Position numbers and translations under genes: made by a program
NCBI GenBank assembly: GCA_000708835.1
Contig: DF237345.1
Coordinates: 22,221-86,220 of the forward strand
Source: Klebsormidium nitens
Lineage: Eukaryota; Plantae; Klebsormidiophyceae
DNA length: 64,000 nucleotides
Direction of reading: 5' to 3'
In this document: piece after piece, positions 11,317 to 23,500 of the stretch
How the letters are laid out: each line of letters opens with the position of its first letter
Numbering within the stretch: the stretch's first letter is position 1
Notes under the pieces: model-generated
What the model saw: the letters and a program-made list of their open reading frames with translations, nothing else
What the model was told of the DNA's origin: nothing
Databases searched by the model: none

Positions 11317-14300
11317 ATGGAGCCCAAGAGCGTCATCGACGGGCTGGGGGAAGAGATCACTGCGATCGTGACACCTGTCTCCATCTGCATGCTGGTGGTG
11401 GTCTGTCTGGTGCACGGGCTGACCCCCCACGGGTCAGACAGTGGTGTGTCCCCTTTCATCGCCACCTCATTCTACCACGAAAAGAGCACCGACTCGGCAG
11501 AGACAAAGCTGGGGGGGGCGCTCCTGAACGCGCTCATTTTCATCGTGGCGGTGGCAGCAATCACGTTCGTGCTCGTGGCGCTGTTCTACTTCCGGTGCAC
11601 TAAGGTGGGCGCCTGAATTTGAAGGTTTTTAATGCCCGTGGCTAACATGCCGACTTCCTAAACCTTGAACATAGTTCAATATCATCTATGGCATCAAAAA
11701 GTCCTGCGTCTTGCAGCTGATCAGGTGGCCTCTGCGGACTGGCATGAAATCTAGCAAGATGGTGGAAAGTAAAGGAGCTGGAGCTGCTCTTCTTTCGATG
11801 TGGTGGCTACTGGCTCTTACAACTTTCAAGATTGGACAATGGACAATGCAGTCTTCTGTTGTTCTTCCGAGCCTGCGGCACTACTGCCTGACCCTGTCAA
11901 CATTGGCATTTTTGAAGTCGTTGAGATTGTCAGAAATTGTGTACCAATTCTGGCACACACATTGCTCATTGAATGCAATCGACATCGGACGGCGTCCTCT
12001 TTCTCCATAGTGGGCGAATGGAGAGGAAGACGGTTCGTTTCAGGTTATGAACTTGCCAGATACAAAACATCCTGGGCTTTGAGGCACTCGCCACAGCCCC
12101 ATTCCGTATCTGCCTTCTGTGAACCCTCTTTGCACCGATCGCATTGCCACCCTCACAGAAGCTCAATCATAACTCACTTGTCCACAGGTCATCTGGGGCT
12201 ACATGGGCTTCTCCGGCTTCACGATCCTGGCCCTCCTCGGCGGCATCCTCGGGATCCAGATCATCCAGGCCGCGAGCATCCCTCTCGACATCATCACCTT
12301 CTCAATCGTCCTCTGGAACTTCTCAGTTGTGGGCGTTCTGGCCGTCTTCTTCTGGAAGATGCCCATCTTCCTGAAACAGGGTTACCTCGTGTTTATCGGC
12401 GCCGTGGTTGCGTTCTGGTTTACGAAGCTCCCGGAATGGACCACCTGGACTGTACTAGCTGCGATGGCGCTCTACGACCTGGCCGCGGTGCTGGCGCCCG
12501 GGGGCCCACTCAAGGTAAGGGGTTAAGAAAGTTCACTTGGTGAAATGGGGCTTGGAGTGTCGAACTTCTGGTTTTGAACTAAAGAGTTGAACCTCAGCTT
12601 TCCAGGAGCTTCTGGTTTTGAACCAAAGAGTTTAAGCTCAGCTTTCGCGGGGTTTGCTTTGATGAAGATCAGAAAGTCAGCTTTTAGTGACTATGACTTA
12701 CAATCTGCGCATTGTGCGCGGCTTTCAAGTGGAGCATTGTTGTGAATACAGTCTCTGGGTCTGTGGGGTTCCATCCGAAAGTTGATGTTTGGGCTTCTCA
12801 GATTCCAGCTTGAGGCCAGTTAGAATGCAGAGTAATCATGGCGCCTGAAACGTGCTTTCGAAAATCTTTTCTTTGAGATGCCAGTGGTCTGTGGGTTGAC
12901 GCAGTTATTGGTGGAGATGTCCATCGAGAGGGATGAGGACATCCCCGCATTGATCTACGAGGCGCGGCCCACGTCGCTCTCCCGGGGGGAGGCCATGACG
13001 GGCCGAGGCCGGCAGAACGAGTCAGTAAGTCTCGTCTTGCTGGGCTTTGGTATTCACTTTGTTTGGAGTAAAGAAAGATTGGAATAGTGGAGACGCGAAG
13101 AGTAAGTGGAAACCAGTGTGAAACGAAAGACGAGACATGTTGTTTGGAAGAGTATATTCGAGGGAAGGGATTGTGAGCCAAGTCTACAAGCTTTGATGTT
13201 CTTGTGCAAACAGTTCTAATCACAGATTGTGGAATCACCCCAAGCCTTCCTGAATGTAGGTGGTTTATTCTCTTGCTTTGTATTGCTTTCAATAGATCAA
13301 CGCCACATTGCGCATGATCCTTAATCTAGGTTTCTACCTAGCTTGCGTACACAGGGGATTGATTTGGAAGCAACACGGGGGCACTTGATACTGATTCGTG
13401 ATAGATGACTAACACCGAACGATCTGCCTGCAGGAAGCCGCGCCTGGCAGGCGACGGCGGCAACAACGCTCTGGAGGTGCGGACGATGGCATAGAGGTGA
13501 GCACTTTCTTAACCACGTACGAGGAGGCTCTTTCCAGCAAGTTTTCTAAAAGTAGCTTGGCATCTGGTTTGGTTTGCTGAACTAGGGAGATTGCCTTTTG
13601 GAGATAGGTTACAGTCTCAGTTCCAGGGAGTATGAGCGGATTAATGGTGCTTTATGTTGGGAGATCGAGTTGCCGTTGCATCGAAAAGAGACCTCAAAGG
13701 AAGGTAGCCATGCATGGCCGAGCTTGGATCGAGCTGTCACAGGTCCCGTTCATTGCCCCGTTCAGAAGATTATGACGCGTCCCTTGTCTGCAAGCATTGG
13801 ATGTTCTACCTATTACAAGAGAGTCACTTTTTCATCCCTTCTTGCTGGCCTGGCGATGTGTCCGTCTCTGACTGCCGCTCTTTGACCTGCGAGTTGTTTG
13901 CGTGGACATAAAGAGTGCGGCATAAGCCCGCTTTCAATGCGAAACAAGCACCACCCATGTGCCACCCTCTTCCCTCCGTTGCTAACAGAGTCTTGCTTTC
14001 TCGACGTTGAATAGAGGCTTGGCTGTTAGGCAGCCGTCTGACGTCCCTTTCTGTTTCTTCAGCAGCTAGCTGTTGCCACGCGAGACTCTGGAGCGAGCGA
14101 CCCTAGACCTAGCTCGTCTTCAGCGAATGGCGCGCAATTGTCAAGCACATCAAACAACAACAGGGCAGCAGGCTCTGGAAGTCAAGGCTTGTTAGCGGAG
14201 ACGAACGCCCCAGAGAGCCAGGAACTAACACGGTTAGGGGCAGGTACGTCGTCAAGTCGCGGGCAGGTTAGGGCAGAACAGTCCGCGGTTAGTGGGCGGT

Positions 14301-15729
14301 TAAGAGGCAGACGAACGGGATCCGAACGGACGGCTAACGAGGGTTTACCCGGGTCAGGGAGCCAAGGAGAGATTGATGAGGGGGAGAGTGCACCGCTGGT
14401 GGGGGGGACGCAGAGAGGGGGCGCGGAGGGGGGGGAAGAGGAGGCCCGAAGCAGCGGAGAAGGGGAAGATGGGCTGGGGTATGATGAAGAGGAGTGGGGC
14501 TTGCCGGATGCGATAAAGGTGAGGTCCTTGGGTTTTTGTTTCCGGAGAACTGGTTGCGCGCCATGAAGCCACGATGTCAAATGCAGTGTCGAAACATACC
14601 TGCGGGGTCGGAAAAGTCATTTTCAATAAGCTCCTCGGGCGTTTGTTTCCGGTCAAGTGGTTATGCCCCATGAAGCCACGATGTCGTGTTGCAGGTTTAG
14701 AGAACATATCGCGGGGCCGAAACGGGTTACTTTCGAGCCGGATGTGGCTTTCTTGCTGTGGCGTCCGGGCGGGACAGGGCGGTAGTCGAAATCTCGTTTA
14801 CAAAAGTGTGTTGAGACCTATAGTGGTTTGCCCAGTTTCACCAAGCGCTGGAGCCACAGTTTCGTTTGTCGTATACCTGTCACTGCGCAATCAGCGGTTT
14901 CCAACGACTTCCCGCATGCTCGATCTGGAGCGTTTCGGCCCTCAGCGTCGAAGAAACTCATTCACCTGCCAATGACACCCCCCCGAATCCCGCCCGTCGC
15001 CACAACCTCGCCCAGCTCCAGAGTTGATTGACTTGCGGCCCAGCCTGTGAAGTCGCCGTCCAGGCAATGTGGCAACTTCCGTACCTTCCTTGGGCTCTTG
15101 CTGACGTCATGCTGGCGTCATCCCCGCAGCTGGGCCTGGGCGACTTCATTTTCTACAGTCTCCTGGTGGGCCGAGCCGCGATGTACGACCTGATGACCGT
15201 GTACGCGTGCTACCTGGCGATCATAGCCGGGCTCGGTGAGGCATAGCTTATCGGCCCAAGCCATATGAGTCGATTGCAATCATAAGAACAACGTATGAGG
15301 GAACACGAAGGTAGTGCACACTTCACCGTCTCCAACAGGATTGAGGATCCTTGGAGAGTTATTGATATGCCAACCTCCCAGGGGTCAAGAAACCACCTCT
15401 TACTATATCTGCCCGCACAGCTTGCGTAAGGTCCTTTGAATGACCGTACATACTCTGAGGCCACTTTCGCACGTTCTGGAACTGGATTGCATCTCCACGG
15501 GAGGCCGCATCTAAAACCTACTTCTTTAACCACCCGTTTCTGCCACGTCAATCTAAACTACTCTTCTTGCTGCACTGCAGGGGCGACCCTGGTGCTGCTA
15601 GCTGTGTACCGGCATGCTTTGCCAGCTCTGCCCATCTCGGTGGCCCTAGGAATGGTGTTCTACTTCATGACACGGATTGTGGTGGAGCCGCTCGTTGTTG
15701 GACTCGCCACGAACCTCCTATTCTTTTAG
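11317..15729 (+). CDS. PSEN: Presenilin (gamma-secretase catalytic subunit, GxGD aspartyl protease)
   Basis: Exons 11317-11604, 12188-12514, 12905-13024, 13434-13496, 14063-14518, 15130-15235, 15581-15729 join in phase. Catalytic ALYDLAAVL and KLGLGDFIFYS motifs, the PALP motif and a plant-type N-terminus (SVIDGLGEEITAIVTPVSICM) are present. Confidence 0.95.
12563..12647. repeat. Two ~44-bp tandem copies in a presenilin intron
   Basis: acttctggttttgaactaaagagttgaacctcagcttt is followed by gcttctggttttgaaccaaagagtttaagctcagcttt. Confidence 0.75.
14530..14750. repeat. Two diverged ~110-bp tandem copies in a presenilin intron
   Basis: gtttttgtttccgg...ccatgaagccacgatgtc...gcag recurs at ~14532 and ~14641. 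Confidence 0.7.
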
Positions 15730-16653
15730 CAGTCAACAAAAGAAAGACCTAGGATCTGCTAACACATGATGCTCGACTGCTTGAATCAGTGAGGTCTGTT
15801 CCCTGTCTGTGATAGTACGTTAAATTTACTAGGCGGTCGGGTTCGAGGTTGCTCAATGAACAGTCTGCGGAAGAGGTACAGGAGTAATGCTCAGGGGCGA
15901 AGAAAGTGCTACCACCTCATGCTATGAGTGACCCGACAGTCATAGAGCTGTTCGAGAGCTTGATGGTCGTTGCGTTTGCAGTCTTCGAACGCACATTATG
16001 TCCGTATATGTCCAGATCATATGGCCCCACCCAGCACGGCCATGTAGGTAAACCTCTATCGACCTGCAAATTAACTAATTGTACGTCGACTCAGATCGAT
16101 TCGCTGACCGCACCGTTGTCCAATGTCAGCAGAGGCAGCTCTCTGGCTATAAGCGCGGATCGATGATCGAGTTCATTGCTTGCATGAACTGGCTCGGGGG
16201 CCGTGCAGCTATCATATAGAATCTATCATATGTGACGTAAGCCAGCCTGCTGATCCAGGCCCACCAGCCCATCATTGCATCTAGCTACGTACCGTGTCTG
16301 CACACGTGCATATGCGGCATGTGGTTCGTGGGCGGTGCACAGTGACCGTCTGGTGCCAGCCCGCCGTGCCATGACGACGGTCATGCACGTGCACATATGT
16401 CATTGGAATATATGCGCGGCTGAGCGCAATTGAGCTGGTTGGCCATAGCGTACTAAATATTGGCGGAGCGGCCGCATCGTATTCATTCGTCTATGCCGGC
16501 GGCACATCCCAAGGTACTGCAAACCTTTCCAGATTCAATGCAATCTAACTCTAGCTCGCAGCTTCGATGCGAACTTGCAAGTTGCGCCCCGGACCTTATT
16601 AAGATACAAGTAAATGACTCATAACATAATCAACACTGCCAACATGGTAATAG

Positions 16654-19600
16654 TCATGTCCTTGTTTGCTCGAAACCGTCAGCAAGGTCCCGTGACCCCT
16701 CTACCGGCCGTTGGTTGTCCGGCGACAACTCGAGGCCGCCCGGTTCCAGCGCCCGGCCGTCCAACTTATTCCCCCAACTCGTAAGTGGCGTTACGTTGAT
16801 GCCAAAGAATCCTACTGTTACAAGAGCGCCTCCAACAAGAAGCAGAACGCTCGGGCTGTTCCTGTTGATGAATATATCGGCGACGATCGCGATCGGCGTC
16901 TGAAAGGCGAGGCCGACGGTGGCGGCGGTCGGGGTTGTGAGGACCACTGCTCGGGCCCAGAGGTAGTCACTGAGGACGTTGTCGAGCAGACCTATGCGTC
17001 AAGGAAATACTCATGTGGTTTAGGTAAGAAAATTGATAGGTAGGATAGTAGTAGTTCTCCAGGAGAAATCAATCCTAAAACCTAGACTGACAAATGGTCT
17101 CCAGCCTAACCCCCAGACTAACCCCTCCCGTTCCCCGGGCCATGACCATATCCCACCTAAGACTATCTTACCTTAAACCATAGACCAACGCGTCAAGGAA
17201 CACCATATCGTTCTGGAAGGCCTACGCGTTTCATGGGTCTGTGATGCGCGTTTCATCGTTTTGTGAGACGAGCGTCGCTTCTGCACGCTCCCGCGCATAA
17301 GGGAACCAGCACTCTGGCTGGCCCCACCCTGAGCGGAAGCACCGGTAACTCAAGAGTTCTAAAAATCATCTGCGAAACCTCCTTACCCTCGATCGCCTGA
17401 GTGCGCAGGGCAAGACATAGGGGACGAGCAGGGGGATGCAAAGAAAAAGGAATGGAAGAGCATATGGTGTGGCGAAATTTGTAAGAATTTGGATGCTGCC
17501 GCGACCTTGGTAATTGTTGAGAGCACCACACCGCCATTGTGATTGCCGCCGAAACTTCTGATACCGAACCGTATCGAGGAGGATCAGAACGCCCGGTAGA
17601 GCAAGTACCCAAACCAATGACACAACCTCAGATTTGTGTATCGGTACACAACTTCGGCGAATCTCGTTCCGATCAACTGACAAATTTTGCCGCTTTTCTC
17701 TGCACTTTTCACAGCCCTTCTACTTAAGCTTCTTCATACGAGAAGAGTCTCCGACGGGGGCTCGACTCTCAAAATATGCCATCGAGACTCTACAGCGAGG
17801 GACTCACCTTTCGCGATAATTAGCCCGAACTGCCTCCCCCCCATCTTGCGCACCCGCTCCACCCCGGTGACGTGCAACCCCAGCAGGATCGGCCACAGCA
17901 GGAGCGCGCCGAACAGCCCCACAAACCCAAAAACCAGAGCGGTGGAAACTTTCTGTTCCGGAACCGCCTCCCCCTCCTCCTCTTCACTCCGTTCGTCCGG
18001 CAGTTCTTTCCTCAACATGGTGGTGTAAGTTGCGTATAACAGCGCGGAAAGGAGAACCAGCGCGTCTCCAAGGATTGGGTTAGGGGCGCGGTTACGGGAT
18101 TGGGGGTCCGGGGCAGAGTCTGCGACGCTGACTAAGGCGGTACCCCCCATGACGCAGCCGATCATGGCGAGCTTGAAGAAGGTGAAGGGTTCCTTGAGCC
18201 AGACGACCGAGATGATGAAGGTGAAGAGAGAGGAGCAGCTGCTGAGGATCGTGTTGGACTGCAGGACGAGGGAGGAGGGCGAAACATTGGCAGTCAATCA
18301 TATACGAACACTCGAAATGGACGAGAAACGGGTCGACAGAGGAAGAAGCAGGTGACCAGGATTAGTTTAAGGCTACAGGAAGGGAGGGGGCGGGGACAGA
18401 TCTTATAGCGAGGCTTACAAGCGCAATGCACCGAGGGGGACACCCTTTAATCAAGTGGACGATTGCACGGCTTGGATGGCCTTGTGCTAACAAGGAAGAA
18501 ACTTAGTGACAGGCAGCAATGGAATTCAGGGGAAGGGCTGACGACGATACACATTCAAAGAGCTCAAGCCAACTTCTTAGCAGCCTTGCTCACCGTGACT
18601 GTCGTTAAAATGAGCGACAGGTTGAACGTGTACTGCCCCATGAACCAAAGCGGCGCAATCACCAGCCCGATGCGCGCCGCCCGCTTGTGCTCCTCGCAAT
18701 ACCCCCCTCCCTGCTGGTGCTGCATGCCCGGATGCCACAGATGCTCGCTCATGTCCACCTCGGAATACCCCCCCAGATCCTCCTCCGAAAACACGTCGCT
18801 GGCGAGCCGGTGGGGGCTCGGCAGAGGCATTCGATGACCCTCGGGACCCCCCCCATCTGACGTATCAATCCAGAGGCCCTGTTCGGGGGTGCTCGGAAGC
18901 GCCGGGGGCCTGTGAGCGTGGCTCAGGCTGTGGCGTCGGTCCTCGACAGGGCCTTCTGGAGGGGAAAAGTCGACCGCCCGAAAACCGGAAGCGCCCGGGG
19001 AACGGGGGCTTGCGCGTCCCCCTGGAAGAGAAACTGCGGAGACGAGGTGGTGGTGCAAAGGGCGCAGGTCGGGGGACATGCCCTGTCTCTTGGGGGACGC
19101 TCCGTGCTTTGGGGGGGAGGCTCCAGTCGGAGGCAGATCAGGTGATTGCGCCACCCCGCGTGTCGTAATCCTTGGCAGATTCTGATGTCCTGAAGAATGG
19201 GAACTGTGACCCTCCGAAAGGGGCGCACCGTGCCCCCCCCCCGGCATCGCTGCATTATGGACACCCCCATTTTGAAGGCTGTCATTGTCTGCTGGCTCGA
19301 GATCTGGTTCGGACCTCCCCGGGCTTGCCAAGCCAATCACTGTGTACGAGACGGGCAGGCTCTTCCGCCGCCACAGCTCAAAGTGCCAGTTGGGTTTCTT
19401 CTGCCCCCCCACCTCGCGCTGCGGGGAGGTCGGGAGCTGCAGGGCTCTCCGAGCGAGGCGCCTTTTGAGGAAGGATTGGCAGCCGCGTGTGGCTTCCGTC
19501 AGGGGGATGTACAGGATAAAGAGTGAATTGCAAATGTAGGTCAAGAGGAACGGCGTGGTCCCGGCCGCTTCGACGGCTTGGACAACGAAGCTGGCGACCA

Positions 19601-19676
19601 CCCAGATGAGCGCGACGGCCGTGACAAAAGACATACCGAGGGCCCACCGGCCCTGGGGCCCTAGAGACGAACCCAT
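16654..19676 (-). CDS. EamA/drug-metabolite transporter family protein (SLC35F5/THI74-like)
   Basis: Exons 19676-18594, 18258-17808, 16991-16654 join in phase. Hydrophobic segments LIWVVASFVVQ, PFLLTYICNSLFILYIP, APLWFMGQYTFNLSL, SNTILSSCSSLFTF, GDALVLLSALLYATYT and GLLDNVLSDYLWARAVVLTTP are typical of this family. Confidence 0.9.
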
Positions 19677-20534
19677 AGCACCCCGCCCTCAACCCAGACC
19701 TCAACACCCAGAGCAGACAAGACTGTACTGTTAACCTGAAGCAGGATTGGTCAAGGGAAACCAGGTCTCCTCAAGATTGTGATTAGAGGGAGCCAGGAGC
19801 TCCTGGCTCAGGGTTGCAAGTTACCCGTCTCTCATTGACAGTTGCTCTTCCAGAATTCTGGTCAGTGCAGACTTCGATTGGACCTTTCAACCAGCGGAGG
19901 AAGCGCCTTAGCGGCACCGTGGCTGGACTACCAGTAAGATCCTCTTTGCATGACTTTCTTTAGGGCACCACTGTCGTATAGGGCAAGTCTAAGAATGAAG
20001 CCAGCAAACCCGCTAGCATTTGCGAAGAAGACTTGCATCTCCGCACGTGAGCACTGCATTGTCCACCCCAGCATTCATCTGCTGCAGACCTTCAAAGCTC
20101 CTCGATTCAGCTGACAGGATTGTGATTACTCAATTTACTGATGCGCCTTTGCCTCAACAAACATTAAGTAGGATGTCGTCGCCAATGCTGGCAGTGGTCA
20201 GAAATCAGCTACCTAGCTAGAATTTCTAGCACTGGCAGAATCAAAGCGAATTGAAAAATGGGGTAGGAAATGGTATAGGTTTTACCCCCTTTCCGTAATT
20301 CCATCTTTGTAGGGGGTCTCGATGCGTGCGAAATCGAGCCCCTCGTTGCCTGCTTTAGAACTGCTTTGCCCTCTTGCTAGATAGGTAGCTGTAGCACGGT
20401 AGCTCTCATGCAGGCCCTCTTCACTTCAAGAGTCAGCAGGGATTCAGCTCCATTGTTGCTGCGCAGGATTGTGATCTGCGTTCAGGAAGGAATATCTCAA
20501 GGATCAATTCATTTTACGGGCCTTCTTGGGCAGC

Positions 20535-23500
20535 ATGTCTGCGGAGGCCCTCCTCACCGGGGTGGGCGAGGTTTCTGATGAGGCGCCACTGCTGTTCTCA
20601 TCACGCCGGTCGCCTGTCCTGAGCCAGAATGGCATCGTCTCCTCATCCCAGCCCCTCGCGACTGCTGCCGGGCTCAGAATTCTGCAGAAGGTGAGAGTGG
20701 TTGACGTTAACGTACACCTCGAGTGACTTCTTCTCTGTATAGTACATGATTAATTTGCCCCTTCCTTACTGTGCGAGCTCAGAGGGAGCTTCGGAGCACG
20801 GGATAAAGTACGCAGTGCATCAATCAAAGCTCAACACTCAACGGTGTCACAGATTGTTGATGAATCACAATTTGCCCTCATAGAAATAGACACAGAGAGT
20901 TATGACGTCTCTTGCTTGGTGATGAAGCTATGATGAAGTTGCTCATACTGCACAATGGAAGATCAATTTGGATGGTCACTTCCTTCTAAATAGTCCCTTC
21001 CTTTTGATATAGCTGTTGTGCTGTAGTACCACCCCAGTCAGAAGGAGGTATGCTGGGAAAAGTGCATGTAGGCTCCATACCTCACTGTTGTGCTTTCGTC
21101 CAAGTCAACGGTCTCCCCAATTGAGCACTGGTCTGCACACTTACAGCACTTGATTCAACCTGCAAGCACCTCTCTTTTGACTATCTGTTGGCCCTGTTGT
21201 GTTTGTAGGGAGGGAATGCTGCGGATGCCGCAGTCGCGGTGGCTGCCTGCCTGAATGTTACTGAGCCCTGCTCCACTGGTAAGCCTGATCAGAATTTTGA
21301 GACAGCCTTGGTCTAGCTTGCCTGAGCCTTTTCACATATCTACTATGCATCGCATGCCTCCTCATCTGCAATGCTCCTTTCAAGCAGTGCCTCTTCTCAA
21401 TTTGGAATAAAACGGACACTTCTCATCAACTGCAAGTGCAAAGATCAGAAGTTGGCGACACGAGGAGGATCATAACAGACTCTTTGTTGGGTATTCTTTA
21501 CATCTTGTTTGAGTACAAGGGGATATTCTCCTCCACGTCATCATCACCCTTCAATGTGGAGTTCTAATTTCTTGAGAAGTTCACAGTGTCGATCTCAGCT
21601 CTTCTGCATCAATGGCCCCAATTGCAACTTGTCCCTTCTCATCCTGCAGGCATTGGGGGAGACGCCTTTGCGCTCTTCTACGATGCAGCCAAGAGGACCG
21701 TAAGCTGCGTCCAGGGAAATGGCCGTAGCCCCTCTGGCCTCACCCAGGACCTGATACAAGAGCGGGGAATCAGAGACGCCCTCCCAGTCTATAGCGGATT
21801 GACCGTCACTGTGAGTGTGTTTGTCTCGCCTGAAGGCGACCGATCCAGGTGCTGTAGCTGGTCAGTATGTCTCATTTTTTTTTTAACGGATTAATGTGAA
21901 ACATACCGACCAGGTCGCACTGCTCATCGGCCCCCTAACCTCGAGAGAGACAGTTGATCAGAGAAGAGTGAAATCCGTATCCAGCTTACTCAGAAAGCGC
22001 AATTCCCAAGCTCCTCGTTTGGATTGATTGACAGGGGTTTGGCTCAATCTGCTCAACGTCTGAAGGCCATCGCCGCTTGGTTGAATCTGTGTTGTGGAAC
22101 GGGTTCGCCTCCATATTCCACAGCTTCATCTCAACTTGTAAAGCCCTAAACTGCTCCATCTGTTCTAGCTCACAATCCAAGCTTGGGTCCAGAAAGCCTC
22201 CCAGCCCCTTCTCAGACGACAAGCGAAGGACCAATCTCAATTCAGATCCCTGGTGCTGCCGCCGCCTGGGCTGACATCATCGAGCGGTTCGGCACGCTCC
22301 CGCTGTCCGAAGTCCTCGCCCCCGCCATCGAGCTCGCTGAAAAGGGCTACCCAGTGTCTCCTATCACCGCCTCCCATTGGGCCCGAGGCGTGGATCAGCT
22401 GCAGCAGGGGGGTCCGCACGCAGGGGACATGCTGATTGACGGGCGAGCCCCCCGCGCAGGAGAGATCATCAAGATGCCCAAGCTCGGAAAGTGAGGGGCA
22501 ACGTCTGGTGCAGAGCCGTTCTGTGTTTTTTTGTTGAGGTGGGGGAGTTCTGAAAGTTGGGCGCGAGAAGGCAGAGCTTGAAGAGTGAGGGAGGGAACCT
22601 CGAACTTCGCGGCTCACACCACGTGGTGCAGTCTCAGCAGTCTTCGGGGTCACTGCCACTTGTGGGTTTTCTTATAATCTTGTTCTTTGTTTATTTGGGT
22701 ACCCATGCAAGTTTAATCCGTGATCGTATCCAAACGTTTCTATTCTAAACAAGATACTTGAGCACTCATGGAGATTTTGATTTTTGACTATCAAAAATAG
22801 GCAATCTTTCCTTCTAAGCTCGTGAGCCCCGTCGTTTGCTGCAGCACTTTTCGACTGTTGGCCGAGCACGGCAAGAAGGGTTTCTACGAGGGGGCTGTTG
22901 CGGAGGCAATCGTCAAGGCCGTAAACTCGAAAGGCGGAGTCTCTACGCTCCAGGATCTCAAGGAGCACACAACTGCATTCCCCGAGCCGATCCACACCAC
23001 CTATAAGTGAGACTTCCTTCCAGTCCTTGTGCAGGTGCGAATTGTTGCGTTCATTCTTCGTGTCAGAAGAAAGATGAAGAAGGGGACAGTTTTTGCTTTT
23101 CGTTTGCTGGTTATCATACACAAACGGAGACCCGTCGATCCTCTGACGGGATTCGTTTCCCAACATCTATATTTAAAGACGAACGGCTGTACGCGTTTCG
23201 TGTATGAACGCTACTTTATCTATACGGCCTGGACACCGTAACGCCTCGGAACAAATCCTTTCTAACCAGAATTCTTCGAACTGCGGAGGCGCACAGCATC
23301 GCAAGGCGACTTGGGAGTGCTTCTTTCAGTCTCACATGTGCGGGCTGTTTTGCAGGGGCGTTCAGGTTTGGGAAGTCCCCCCTCCGACGCACGGGCTAGC
23401 GGCTCTGATAGCGCTGAACATTCTGGAAGGTAAGCGCTCTCTTTCTGGGCTCAGGCTACTCCATAGACAATGTTCTGACTAAGCGCTGAATGTCGACTCC

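Noticed and set aside
18700-19400. Long Ser/Pro-rich insertion in the EamA transporter
   Set aside because: Variable disordered loops at this position are expected in SLC35F-like proteins; the only difference is length.
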